Positions 1-15,431 of a stretch of 64,000 nucleotides of DNA are shown here, one piece after another. The notes beneath the pieces are model-generated. The model saw only the letters and a list, made by a program, of their open reading frames with translations. It was not told the DNA's origin and did no database searches. Every line of letters begins with the position of its first letter. Within the stretch, counting starts at the first letter, position 1. Both the position numbers and the translations under genes were made by a program. Location of the stretch: contig NW_026250406.1 in the NCBI RefSeq assembly GCF_024521635.1, positions 744,001 through 808,000 of the forward strand, written 5' to 3'. The stretch is from Tricharina praecox. Its lineage: Eukaryota.

Positions 1-1801
<1,801 letters not shown>

Positions 1802-4800
1802 CTACAACCAGATACTATAAGTAAATATGGGGGGGGGGGCTTTTGCGGGGAAATGTGTGAATATTCTTGTACTTTATCATAGATCAAAATGAACACATAT
1901 GGTACCTCCGTCGAGATGATCTGCTGCATGGCCGCTTTCCACTGTGGCGAAAAATTCCCTAGTAGGTATCGTTTCAGCATGCATTCTCGACTCGCATTCC
2001 GATCCTCTCGGTCTCGAGTTTTGAAGCGCGGAGAAGAGCTTCGTCCATCCAGTGCATGCATATCCGTGATCATGCACAAAAGGCCCAAAATTCTGGGTGG
2101 ACCACTTCCCCATGCCAACCCATCCATCCATCCCCTAGCTCCCCTCGCCCTGCGATCTTTAATCTCCCAAGTTCCGCAGCTAATCCACCAAGCGGTATCG
2201 CTTCGACGGAGATATCAGCAAGACAGCTACTTTTTCTAGTGCCTCTATCTCGGGAGTCGGGGCCCATCATCGGACGTGTAGAGTGGGTACGCTGTAATTA
2301 GAAGTGGAAGTGATGTAGATGAGAGCGGGATGCGGAAAACGGCGGTAAAGACCGGAGGGGGAGAGAATAGCACACATCATTCCAGTTACCGACAGTATTT
2401 ATGTAGGTATACACGTACTTGGTGTAAACGTTTCAAACCCCCGGTCCGGTCCGCCCGCCGTCCGGGGCCAGTCCCGGCGGTCCGTGCCGTTTGGGCAGCT
2501 TCTGAACGGCTTCACTCGGGTGTTTCTTCCTGGACGGCCTACATACTCTGCACAGCGAGGGATGTGTCTGCCGATGTGAAAATGCTACACTCCGTCCCTG
2601 GGGTTTGGGGATGATCTGATGGTAAGGTGGAATATCACTCGCTCGGGAAGCTCACCTCGGTAACGAAGTCCATAGGGCCGGTCCTATAGCGTACTGTTGG
2701 ACGGAGCCCTGTCTAAAGCTAGGTAGCGCACTCGAGCGCGCCTTGCAGAAAGCTACGTACTCATACCACCACAATGGTTCGGTGATGATGATTCGGTAAG
2801 TGCCAGTCGCACAACACCGAACGTTTTTCTGTCCGCTCTCTGTCCGCTCTCTGTCTACTCTCCGTTCACTCTCGGCAAAATGGTTCCACCTCTTATGTAC
2901 CCAGTCCGGACTCCGGTCCGATTACCGATCCTACGGCACCTATCCTGGAAATCGTACCGGACTCTACAGGACCAGAGGATTACTGAACACCGTGCATGCA
3001 TGCAGCGTATCGCAGCAGCAACCAATAGTTACTTTAGTCCACGACTCCGCGATGATAGGTTCGAGCATCCAACATCCAACATCCAATTGACGCATGTATC
3101 ATGTATGTACGATACGATACGATGAAGCGAGTCGCCCAGGGGCCAGCACACCGGGCTCTTTCAGAGCTGAACTGAGCGGGCTGGTGCACGTCCGCGCACG
3201 CACAGGTCTACAACCTGTGCTCACTGCTCAGGCTCAACCATGTCTTTACGTTTTATCTTTCATCTCGGATATCTGTGCGAGAGTGCTACGCAACGGAGCC
3301 TGGATGCTGTTACTCGGTTAAGCGAAACCCCCGTCTTGTCGGGTGAGCGAATTTCGGACGACGGAATCCCCCTCGTTAGCGATCTTCGGGCCTCGGGAGA
3401 GCCACGAATCACGGTCCATGTTTTCTTCCTTCCTTCCTTGTCCTTGGTCCTCTGTTCTCTCAGAGGGCATGGACATCTCCGCTCGGATAGTGCTCATGGA
3501 AGAGAGAAAAGGAGCTTGGGCTAATCGACATGACCGTACCGGTGATAGCCTCAACCAGAGGCCTGGAGGCTGGTAGGATGTTGAGCGTTGCTCATGGGCT
3601 CTCACTCGGCCGAGGAAATCTTCAGCTAGGTACCTAGGATTATTCTTCTGGATCATGTAGATAATCATTGGAAGGTGCAAGATCAAGGCAACCGACTATA
3701 AAGTAGTTCGAAGAGTCCATCAGTGCCAGATAAGGCGCTGGGTCTCTGACCGATTCCGCGCGGGACATAAAAACTCACTCGACGTTTTTCGTCGAGCCGG
3801 ATTTAGTCTGGGTCATTACCAGCACAGGGCTGAATGTTCAATGAAGGAAGGCAAAACAGAACGAGATCCGATTATTATCAGCAGAGGTTAGAGGAGCAGC
3901 CAGTTGTTGTTCACCGTTCACGCTGCTGCATCTACTACCTATAAGGCTATACCACCGTAATGGATCATAAAGTCCCTCGTCAGTTATCTATCACCAGCTT
4001 GAATCGAAGCGTTCGTTCCCATCCCTTGTGATCTGTCGAATTAGCTTCCCCGCTGTTGACCGCGACAGCCGCTGATTCCTGCAACTGCCAACCAATCAAC
4101 ACGTCATCACTCGTTCGCCGGGGCCACAAGCACATGCCACATGGACGCTGAAACAACTATGCTAGCTAACTATCTCATCCCATTTCATCCCATCACATCC
4201 CATGATTCACACCCACGCTTCACTATCAGCAGCACAGCGGCGGCGGCGGCGGTGTTGTCGCGCACAGCTGCCAGCTGGCCGACTGACTCGCTGGCTGGAA
4301 AAATCAAATAATAATTTGGAAAATCGTAAAAAAATCAAATCACAAAAACACAAGACACAAGAAACAAAACACAATGGGCACAAACTGATATAGTTAGCCT
4401 AGCCTGCGTTGAAGCAGCTGTACACACTGCACAGACGCATGATTTCCCCCGCATGGGCACTTCAGTGCATTGCGGGCGGTTGCTTCGGATAAAACACAAA
4501 CACAAAACACACAAGACACAAGACATAATGTGCGGGTGCACGGTGAGGCACACTTTGATGGAATCGTCACGCACAGACTATATACAGCCACCAGAAACAA
4601 GTATGCATGTATGCGGCTGGCTTGTAGGGTAGCCTGGGCACCCAGACGTCGACTCGTCTATTCGGCCACTGATCATGCTGATAAGAGCAGCATGCATGTG
4701 TGCGCCGTGATTGGCTGCCCCGTCCCGTCACCCCGTGCGTGCGATCCACTGCCGCCGCCTGCATATGTACAATGCACGGGATATCTCCTCTTTCTCCTCT

Positions 4801-6857
4801 TTCTGTTCTTGGTGGGGGGAGGGGGAGATTCCTGCATACGCATTGACGAGGCTGAAGGAAGCGCTGGTGTGCACGTGTGCCATGGAATTCATCTACCCCG
4901 CATCGAGATTTGGCGCACAAGGTGGTAGGCCGTGGTCCCGGTACCTTGTTCTGTGCAACCTAGACGACCACCTAGCACTTGTAGAGTACATGCGCGCGCA
5001 CGTCCTTTCCCAGCACACTGATGTGCGAAGAATCTCACTCCGGGGCCGATCTCGATTCTCGAAGCTGGGCCGAATCTACTTATATATAGTATACCGCATG
5101 TGCCCGGCAGCAGCAGCAGCCCTTGTCGAGAGGCTGAGAAGGAGAGGGGGAATGTGTGCGCAACCCTACCGGTTTGCCTACCGATGACAATGGCATGCAG
5201 TCCGTAGATCCTCTCCTCCCGCTCCCCCCACCTCCGGGGTTCGCCGGTACTTGCCGATCTCGGCGGGATATGCGCGCAGTCCCTCCCCCGGTAAGCGAGT
5301 GCCGTAGTCACTGGTGGTTCGTCCGGAGACGTAATTAGGCCCGTATGTAGCACAAGCCGCGCAACAAAACGTTCGCAGCTCGTCAGCCTTCTGGTTGCCT
5401 AAAGTGCTCTGAGCTTCTGACACTTCACGGTGGCACATGAATGACGAGTCAAGTCAGGCCGCCTGCCAATGCTTCAGCCTTCCATCAGTAGTCAGCTATG
5501 TAGCCTCGGACACCGTAGCCGACTTACTCGCAGCTGAGTGATCCGAGACTGTGGGATGCAGGCTCCACTGCACTGTCCACAAGGTGAAACGGTGAAACAG
5601 TAGAAGGATGCAGCTCGGTGGACCCAAAATATCCACCTGGCACCGGAGGAGTCCGGGATGATAATAGATACATTGTAGCTGTTGCTGCCTACATAGGGCC
5701 TTACAGATCCCCGCGGGTGTGTCAGATTCGATGACGTGCTCCGTTGAAGGTCGGACGGAATGTAAGACCCTATGTAAGCATGTGCTTTATGTAAGGTGTA
5801 CGCATCGTGCAGTGTCGGTCACATGCTCGACCCCGCATTTGCTGTGGTTGCGATGCATCCGCTGCGCTTCCAGCCGCGGCACAGTGGGAGCCCATTGCGG
5901 TTCGAGAGTCCAGCCCCGTGATGGTAGTACCGTTTCTACAAGGCTCTAGCACGACGTCGGCCAAAGGAAAAGGCATGGAAATCGACTCACTCTACGCAAT
6001 TTATGCACACGGCGGCGGCGGCGCGCATTACATACCAACTACGGCGGATATGGTAGGTAGTAGTTGGGGGCTATTCTGGCACAATGCCACCCCACGTCCT
6101 GGTCAGACTGGTACTGTGTCTCACTTGTCAGCAGCGCCAGCAATGCAAAACGTTGGCTGTGCTCTCCAGTGTACAGTGTCGACTGGGATCGGCAATCGGC
6201 CACCACCTGCCTACCGTATGAGTATCCGTCTCCACAGGCCGGCGTTCGGGATGATGAATTTGAAAGACAGCTGGAATGGTGATTCTGCCCGCAGTGCTCT
6301 CTCTGCGCCTGCGGCAGATGATGTACACTACACTACAGAGGAGGCGTGTATGTACTCTACATACCGGTAGTTAGTTGGTTACTCGTGTACATACACAGGG
6401 TACAAACTCATGTACATATGAGCTGTCAGCTCGGTGCAATTTTTTCTTCTTTTCACAAACTGCACACGAGCCGCAATGGCATCCTCGGACCAAAACCTTC
6501 AGGATCTAGATCGGTGCTCATATCTGAAAAAGTAACCAAGCTGCTTGGGTACTTTCGTCGATATGGGTTTCGGCCGATGACACTCAAGACTCAAGAGTCT
6601 CCAGAGCCCAGAACCAGGAGCACTGCAGGTTTGGTATCCGTTCTGGATGGGCACCGTATGATACACACGACATGAACATACTTACTTAGGTAGCTCAATG
6701 CATTTTTCCGTGCATATATAAAAGCAACCGTCGAAAAATAACATTCGGTTACTTGATGCCGGCGAGAATGGGCGGGTCAGCGCGAAAGTTGAAACCGGCA
6801 TTCACCCATCATCCGAGCCCCAAGTCTGAGTCTGAATCCGGGTCCGAGTCCGATCGG

Positions 6858-6905
6858 GCTGGCTGACTGGCTGACTGGCTGACTGACTGGCCGACTGGCT
6901 GACTG
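6858..6905. repeat. (GACT/GGCT)n tetranucleotide-type microsatellite
   Basis: ggctggctgactggctgactggctgactgactggccgactggctgactgg seen directly. Confidence 0.8.
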
Positions 6906-9900
6906 GTGGGATACGGTCGAGTGCTCGATGGACTCTTTTACGTAGGCTACATATTCCGAATACTCAGTGCTGCCGAGAGCCTGACAGGCTGCTGGTGGTG
7001 GGTCGTGGGCCGAATGGGAAGCTTGCAGACTTGCAGTCGTCAATGTGTAGGCCGCGTCGAGGAGGTGCATACATATGCGCGGGTTCCCAGTAACTTGCTC
7101 TTGATCCTATAATCACACCTACTTCCGCGGGAGGAGCTGGCTGGTCTGTTGGTTTGCCGTCGGTGTATTACCTATATGTACTTCATACTATACATACTTC
7201 ATACATACCGGTAGAGTACATAGGAAGAACTTTGGCGGACAAGGCCTCAGCCGCCTCCTCAGGTTAGAACCCCATCCCCTCCTCGCCCCCTCCCCCCAAA
7301 GAAGGACCAAGTACGTGCAACGTGTAGTTGATAGTGGGAGATGTCCCAACGATGTATGCACGGCGGGCCCAAAGTACTCTAGGTATGTATGTACGGTGTG
7401 TATGTACATCTTGAAGGGGTGGGGGCCGGGACGGGACAGGTTGGGTCGGCCAGTGCGATCGGTCTGCGGCAGAGAATTCAGTTAGTTAACTATCGCGCCG
7501 AACGGCTATAACTATCCCGTGATGTATGTACGTACGTAGGAGTTCTGGAGCGTTCGTTCCATCTAGATACATCGGTACCGGTAGTGCACAGAAGCACACT
7601 CAATCATCCCAACAGTATTTTCCACCGAGAAAGCCCCCAAGGATGTGGCTGGCCTTGTGGGTTGCGGCCCTTCTTTCGAGAGCGGTGCGGTCCCTGTTGC
7701 TATTGCTTTTGGCCCGGTGGATCAAGGCTTAGGTTGTTGGTTACTGTCCGCTACGGCCGGGCGCGGTAGAGTACCGTCTAGTACAAACCGTGGGACCACA
7801 GGCTCCTCCCTGTGGCCAAACACTGGGCTAACTAAGCGAATAGACGCTAACTAATTGGACAAGGGAAACTTCCCCGCCTCGCCAACTGATACCTACCCGA
7901 AGTAGCGGTCTTGCGGCGATCTTTCGTGTTTTCGACCATGGCAGCATCCGCCCACACAACAGGCCTGTGTCGAGCTGCAGTTCACCTACGACCGGGTCTG
8001 CTTCGGTGTGGAGGGGCGTTTCTTGCACTCTAGCAGCGCCTGAGAGGGGAGGGCGGGGGGGCGAGGCAGAACATCACTGAGGCAAGCCCCCACGCCGAGT
8101 AACCGTTAATCGGTGCTGATGCTATCTGCCCGTCTGCCTCTGTGTCAGAAATAAGTTTTTACTGATTGGAGACGAGGACTGTTTTAGCGACTCACAGATC
8201 ACAAATAATCCTGAGGAAACACAGCAGATGCTACCAGCACTATGAGCGACGGCCACGTTTGTTTCGTGGACAATATTTTTCATGGCCATCGCGATTCGCA
8301 TGCATACCATCCCATACCTACACCCAACAGCTTGCTGAGCTGGGCTGGAGATGGCGAGCGTGTGTGCGTCCTCTGTTCTCGATGCGGAAGGGTAGGTATG
8401 TAGCATATATGGCTGGGGGATTGGGGATTTGGTGCCGGATGGAGGCAGGCGGCCTGCAGAATAGGTAGGTTGTTTGTAGTTAACGAGGAAGTCGATTGTT
8501 GCCTCGCTCTGAGGAATGGACGCTAGATATCTATCCATCGGAAGCGGGATTAAGTATGATACGTGGGCGGGGCGGGAATCTGGCGAATTTTGACCACCCC
8601 CTGGCCCGCTAGAGTACATAGGTGCCGGAATACCGGTATTATACTCATTCCCAGATCGGGATGCATAAGGGAGGGGAGAAGGGAGGGGGGGAAGAAGGGG
8701 ATACACTACCTATCATACGATAGAGTACTTAGTATATGAATCGATCGAAGATGGAAAAGATGATAGATCATAGATGCTAATGGATTTGGCGGCATGATGC
8801 ATCCCAAAGTTGTGATAATGGACCGGTAGTAGGTAGTAGAAGGAAAGGCCATGTTAAACGTACATATTCTCTCAATGCCCCAATTCCATTGTTAAACACA
8901 CCTTTCCCCCCATCCCCATCCATCCCGATCCCATCCCCAATTCCCAACTGCAGTTTTGCTCCGCGTTTGAACCGGGTGCAGCAGCTCTCCATATGGTACG
9001 AGAGTCGAGACCGATCATGTCCTACTCACATGTCGAGAGGTACCTATACATGCATGTCCGATACTCACGGGCCAGGAAGGAATTGAGTTACTGGGAACTG
9101 GGCACATAAGATCAGCTACCGTGGCCCGTTGGTGTTGGCGTTGACGCCGGTACTCAGTATCTGAGGCAATTCATTCGGGACATACAAACGCCACGACCTC
9201 ACAGTTTGTATCCTGGACGATCCGGAATGCCATTCGGATGGTGGGCTGGTAGGAATCCTGCCAGAATGGGAAAAATGCATGCAGTATGAATTCCTTTGGC
9301 TGGCATGGGCGTTTGGTGTTGACGAATGTCCCCTCTCAATGTGTGCAGTGGGCCACGGGCCTAGGTGTGAAGAATCTTCGAGTCCAATTATATTGGGCCT
9401 AGATGGTCTCCAACCCAGTCCGGGAGACCCCACCCCCTCCCTCCCCTCCCCCCGTACGATACGCAAGCCAACATGAGCTTAAAATCTTGGTCGCTGTCCA
9501 TGCAGGATGATATCGTTTACGTGCGTGCGTTCGTTCGTTCGAATTATCTCCGGCGAATATTAGACGCGCCCTCCGCCTCTCTCGAGTCGAGAGTCGCAAG
9601 AGAACTTGATATATCTCCTTCGAAGCTCAACACCTCTACCGGTACCCCCCACATTCGCCACTGTTCGGTCCGATGCGAGGCTCGAGCCGAAGATGAGGAA
9701 CCCCCCGGGTATCCGGGCGAGCTAGATCTAGAAAAACAAGTCTAGAGTCTAGAAGCACAGCAGGGCTTCGTGGAACGTCGTTCTGACGGGCGGGCCTTTT
9801 CTAGGCTTCGGCGGACGGGGGTTCATAATCGATGCATCGGTCAGTGTCGGTTTTCACTTCAAAGGACACGGGCTTACAGAGTTTAGATTTCTACTTCAAG

Positions 9901-12900
9901 CGCAACATAGCCACCGGTCAACCTCCTCCCCCCTCATCGTAGTCCCAATAAGCGCGCGCCCACCAGGCTGTCTCGCGCCCCAAGCGAGCATGACATCGCG
10001 AAAGTCCTCCACCCTCGAACGCAGCCGGCGCACTGCATTCCGACTCCGTTGTCTTTATGGTGCGTGAGTCGGTCAGAATCTTTCGAATAATCCGATCGGA
10101 CTATGTGCTCGTACTTGTACTGACTTTCACCGTAGATCGTCACGACCGAGCAGAATGTACCTCGACCGTGGGGGACTCGTCCCCGGAGCAGCACTGGTAA
10201 TCACTCGCGTCTCCGCCATCACATTTACATTTACATTCACGTTCCGAGGTGCACGTCGCGATGTTTTAACCCATTCTTTACTACATGCAAATGATGGAAG
10301 CAAATATTTTTCTCGATTCTATTGGCAAGGCTGCAGATATTGGGGATCCGTTGGCACTTTTTCCTAAATCGGCTGAGCGCCCTAAGAACTAAACGCGCCA
10401 CGAACGTCGGAACCTGTGTGAATGGACAGCCTTGCGGGTTGGGGTAAGGGTTCAGCGACGGTCGACCTGAGCTCATGCACGTACGAGATACACGAGATAC
10501 GGTACGATTCTAGAGATCACAACGACAGCGGCTCTTGTCGACGAGAACCCCCAATATTCCCCACGGACCTTTCGGCTACATTTTTTTCTCTCAATGCAGC
10601 CGTTCGGTTGAGGTTCTACATATCTCCCTATTATTCATCACCCCACCATTCCCATGCATAAAAGCGCCCAAGTACTAACCACCTAATTCGTTCTAGTTAC
10701 CCTGGGCTCTAGAGTACGATATAGTTAAGCGCACCACGTCGTTTCTCACGAGTCGTCCATCGCTCTAGATACTCTAACCAAGTCGGTTGTACATACTGGG
10801 TGATGAAGCGACGCATATCGCCAGCCTCAACTTGACGTGGCAGATTTTCTACACTTTCGGACGGTCTCGGTTCTGTTGCGAACATCGCCGTTTTCAACCA
10901 CATAAAGCCCCGGCCCATCATGCCACCGAGGCTGGCCACTGGCCGCTGGCCTTGGGGTACGCAGTCGATGAAAGTGGCCTTTCGATGGGTTGGGTTTCGG
11001 CGGTCAGCCCCCGGGAGGTAGGGACATATGGATATCTGCTAGATGTGGTGATCCCCGCGGATAGCTGAGGGTGGGAGGGGAAAAACGTCGCTTCTGGTTC
11101 CTGGTTGGCGACGGGTTATGGATTCACCGACCGCCACAACTGGGTTTCTCCATGCATGCCTATGTGCCACCTATTACTACCAACCATGATACACACCTTG
11201 AAGTCTTGGGCCCACCGAAACACCAGGAGACCTGAAGGAGTCTTCGGAGAGCGCAGTTGCACCACCACCCGTCTCGAGGGAGTGCGCATTCATACGCACG
11301 TACTCACTGGAGAGACCAACCAACTGCGATGCATTGCCAGCGATGGCGATCCAGACCTCCTAGCATCATCCGGAAACTGCACTCCCGTTTGTTCTGACGG
11401 GCCGCATGAAGCTTGGGAACCAACGACCTTGATGCTACACAATCCGGACTCAAGAGAATGCGGCCGGACGAATCGCCAGTGGTCGTCTTTCGCGATTGAT
11501 TGCTTGCTTGCTTCGGCTGCCAGCGTATTTGAATTCGAGAGAGACTCAGCCTCGTTGACAGCACATGTTCAAATGATACCTTCAAGCCTACCTCGGTGCC
11601 CGTATTCCTACATACCGTAGGAATCAGGATGAGGCCTTTTGGTTCAGAGATGATAGGAGTAGTTTCGCATGATAGGTACAGCACAATCGGCTACCTAGCC
11701 AGCCAGCCGTTGTGCGCACTACGATCTCGGATATAGTCGGGACTCGATACTCTCTAGAGAGGGTTTGATCGATGCCGGCAGCGGACGGCTGAGCACATTG
11801 GGCCAGCTGTAACCGTGAATGGATTGATCCTCGCCAATGCTGGTGAATGTTGATGATGAGCTAGTGCCAGCTCGGGAGTTGCCACTACTACTACTACTAC
11901 GCGACGGCCACACTGAGCACTGAGCACAGCACAGCACACACAACGTGCGCAGCTGGACCCGGCCCCGTTAGCGAACAAACTACCTACAACATACGAAAGT
12001 TAGATTTGAAGGAGTTTTACTAGGCAGGTTGAGCTTCGTGCGTGTCGACCAACAGCCGGCGGCTCGCCAGCCGCTCGTATGTTTGTGCGCCACTGCCCTT
12101 TCATGGGCGGCCTGGCGGGCGTTGGCATTTCAGCTTGCCCTTTTCGGATCGAAAAGGCAATTCTGCAGAATGAGGTTGGTGAACCATGAGAGCTGCGAAG
12201 CAAGTCTAGCCCTACACATATAACTAGAGCAGTGCTCAGGCGGTTGCACTGCGGGGCCGATAATGCGCTTTTGATCATATTGTGCGCAGACGTCTAGAGC
12301 TGGGTGTACGGTACCCACATACCGCTGCCGCTTTGCGGTCACTCAAGGGAAATTATCTCAGCCCGTGCTGAGCGTTGCAATTGTGCTCAGTGGTGGAGGG
12401 TGGGGACATATCGGATTCAGAAATACAACAAACCCTACTTGTTACTATGATAGGCCTTGGCCGGTAACATGCCCTGTACCCTACCTCCCTCCCAACTTCC
12501 CAAGCCAGCATACCTATTACCGGTAGGTTGAAGGTGGTTTCAGATCGAAAACACCTTTCTCTAGGAGTTGGTTGGTTAGTCACAGCATAACTCAGCTCAG
12601 CTCGAAAGCATGTAACGTCCCCGGCCGTAACTCGTGAGCCCACGGCTAAGGATCTAGCATTACATGTCTAAATACTCTAGTTACCATGCACACAAATCAT
12701 CGGAACGTGGGCGGTGACTTCGGCAGTCCGGGGAGGACGATCACGGCCGCGGGCCCGGTACCGACTGCCGTGGTAATGGGCCCTAGCAGCCGTACGTACC
12801 TTGGCTGCGATGATTTCAGAGCCATAGGCATCCATTCGGCACTGTTCCCCAGGCCCCTCACCGGTCGGATGCCGGCACATAAAGTGGAGAACATCGGCTT

Positions 12901-15431
12901 CCAGCCAGTACTTATGCCGAGAAGGCGGCGCGGTGTGCCGACTGACTGCGCACACTACCTACAGACGCGGGCCCGCGCCGCGACCAGGGCGTGCATCCCA
13001 GGCTTTGTGGGAGTCCTCCGTTCGCTCGCATTTGACTTGTGATTGTGTGTCTACTGGGGCTAAGTGTACATCCGAAGCCAGGAGACGCGTTGCCGGGGAT
13101 CGAGAAGCATACTAGATCTGGGATCACAATGTCAGCTGTTGCTACCCTCGCTCTCTCTCTCGCACGGAAGCTGCCCAATCTGTACGATGCGTTTTGTGAG
13201 CCCGAGCCTGTGTGCACTGTGAGCCCGGCTGCTTGCGTTCTGCGGGGCTCCGTTGCCGTGTCGTACCCGTTGCAACGTTCCGTTCGGACCGGTGACCGTT
13301 GTAGAAGTTCTATGGAGTTTCGTACGTACGTACGTATCTTCCCGCCCAGCTATGCTACCTACCTGTAACCTAGGCCCTAGGGTGTAGGTGTTTATCGGAA
13401 TAGCTCCCGCTGCCGCCACGTTACAAACATAAACCCTACATATCTGATGCACTTAGATCATCGTACTCTGCTACGTCTTCCCTATAGGTGAGTTGGGGTT
13501 GTCACCAAACGTTCAACGTTCAACAAAACTAATCTTGACTCTTGAGGTGTATATGTTTCGATTCCTCCCGATTATGGGGCACCGGTGGCGGAAGTGCTGA
13601 TCAGTACATTAGCGGGGGCATCTACGCGTTGCGAGGTCGTCCTGTTAGGTATCAGGGCCCATGATGGAGCGTCCATTTCGGCCTGGGGTCCAACGAATAT
13701 CAGGAATCTCCAAGTTCTAGAAAGATTCTGAGCCGTCGGATGCAACCACCTGCGATCGTCATGACGATCGTGTAGAGGCCGCGCGAAGATCTCGAGAGAC
13801 TTGCGCCTCCCGCCTCCACAAAATGAGGCGCCCTCGCTCTTCTTGCCGCTTCCAATAGGTAGTTCACTACACAGCGAGCATCGAAGTGCTTCTGGAGGAC
13901 ATGAGACAGCAGGCAGAAGGCAGAAGGCACTCCACAGCTACCTATGGTGAAAATATCTTTCTGGTGGCCTGGCCTAGCCGGAGAGCAATAGGTAGGACCC
14001 AAAAGGTGATCCGACTTCGAACGGAAGGCAACGTAGACGATTGGTATCGATATTGTCCAAGACTCGTTGGGGAAGGCATATTTTGCCCCCTCCACCACCC
14101 GCCGCCGCCCTATGGCTAGCCATCCCGTACCTCACAACAGTTTTGTGTGGCAAGTTGGAAATGGGTGTTTGTACAGAGGGGCTCCCGTCTAGAACCCGTC
14201 CGGAATAGTGTTGGATTTCCGTATGGACCAGTTTGCCCTTCGTCGTGTGTATGTTTTCCGCGAATGCTTTCGTAAATAATCTGTTTGAAATGGTACCGTA
14301 GCCTGCTTCTTTCCGCGCTCGTTTCGATACATACGATTGACGGTTGATTCGGGCGATCCAGATCATGGACCTATAGTTCTATGCTTTGGTGATAGGCAAG
14401 ATGCCTAGCCGTATCACAGAACCGGTGCCTCTATGGTGTATGTTACAGTCACGATGGATGGACCCATCGTGATTGCGTACAATAGGCCTAGCAAACCCTC
14501 CGGTTGAAACGTCTGAGTGTCGTCCAAAGGTCCAAAACGTATTGAATCTCCAGGCAAAATACATCTACAAGCTGGTAAGCGTCCGATTTTCCCATGCCCC
14601 ACTGGGAGATACATACCTCGTAGAAGCCCGATCGTACCTAGATGACTCGGTTGCTGGAAACAATTAGCTGTTTCGGTCTGCCTGAAGGGATGACAATAGT
14701 GACCAGTTGCTTCACGATTTTGCCTTAGGCACAGATGATGCTCTAAGAAATAAGAGAGGTTTAGACGCTCACAGCATAAAAGCCCTTCCTGCTGCCTACC
14801 AGAGCCCTCTCGTGCACAATCCTGTTGTTATTCCGGATTGTCCGAGCCTCGCCCTAGAGCCTCGGCTAGACACTACCACCCCTAAATGCCGAAGTGTGCG
14901 CACTCAGTGTGCTCAATGCGAACCATGTCCTCCCCCCGAAAAATCAAATTCTTCTCGATAATAGGCAGAAAGAGGCAGAACACAAAGTGTGCGAATTGTG
15001 TATATCTGCTGCCATTCCCGACTGACAGATCCCGAACGACAGACCTCAGTCTTATGCCAACAGTATCCCATCATACTTCGAGACCAGAGTTCAACTTCGA
15101 TATTTGATGTTAGTGAGCCACTTCCCGTCTTTGAGCTATCTGCCCCCCCTCCCCTCATTTTCCCGAGCCACGACGCGGCCCCCGCTAGTCCCCGGAACGC
15201 GTGCTCTCTGTCGCGATCGCTTTTGCGGCTCTGCGAAACGCACGCCCTACTCATACTTTCTACGTGCTGTCCTGCTGCCCACAACTGGGCGAGAAGCGAG
15301 AAACCTCCTTCTCCACAATCACTGCACATACTCAACCTCCACTGCGATGCTGCCCAGTCTCCGCCATTCTTGCGACCCTTGGACGACTAATACTTGACTC
15401 TCTTCGCATTCTAGTCACAGATCATATAATT

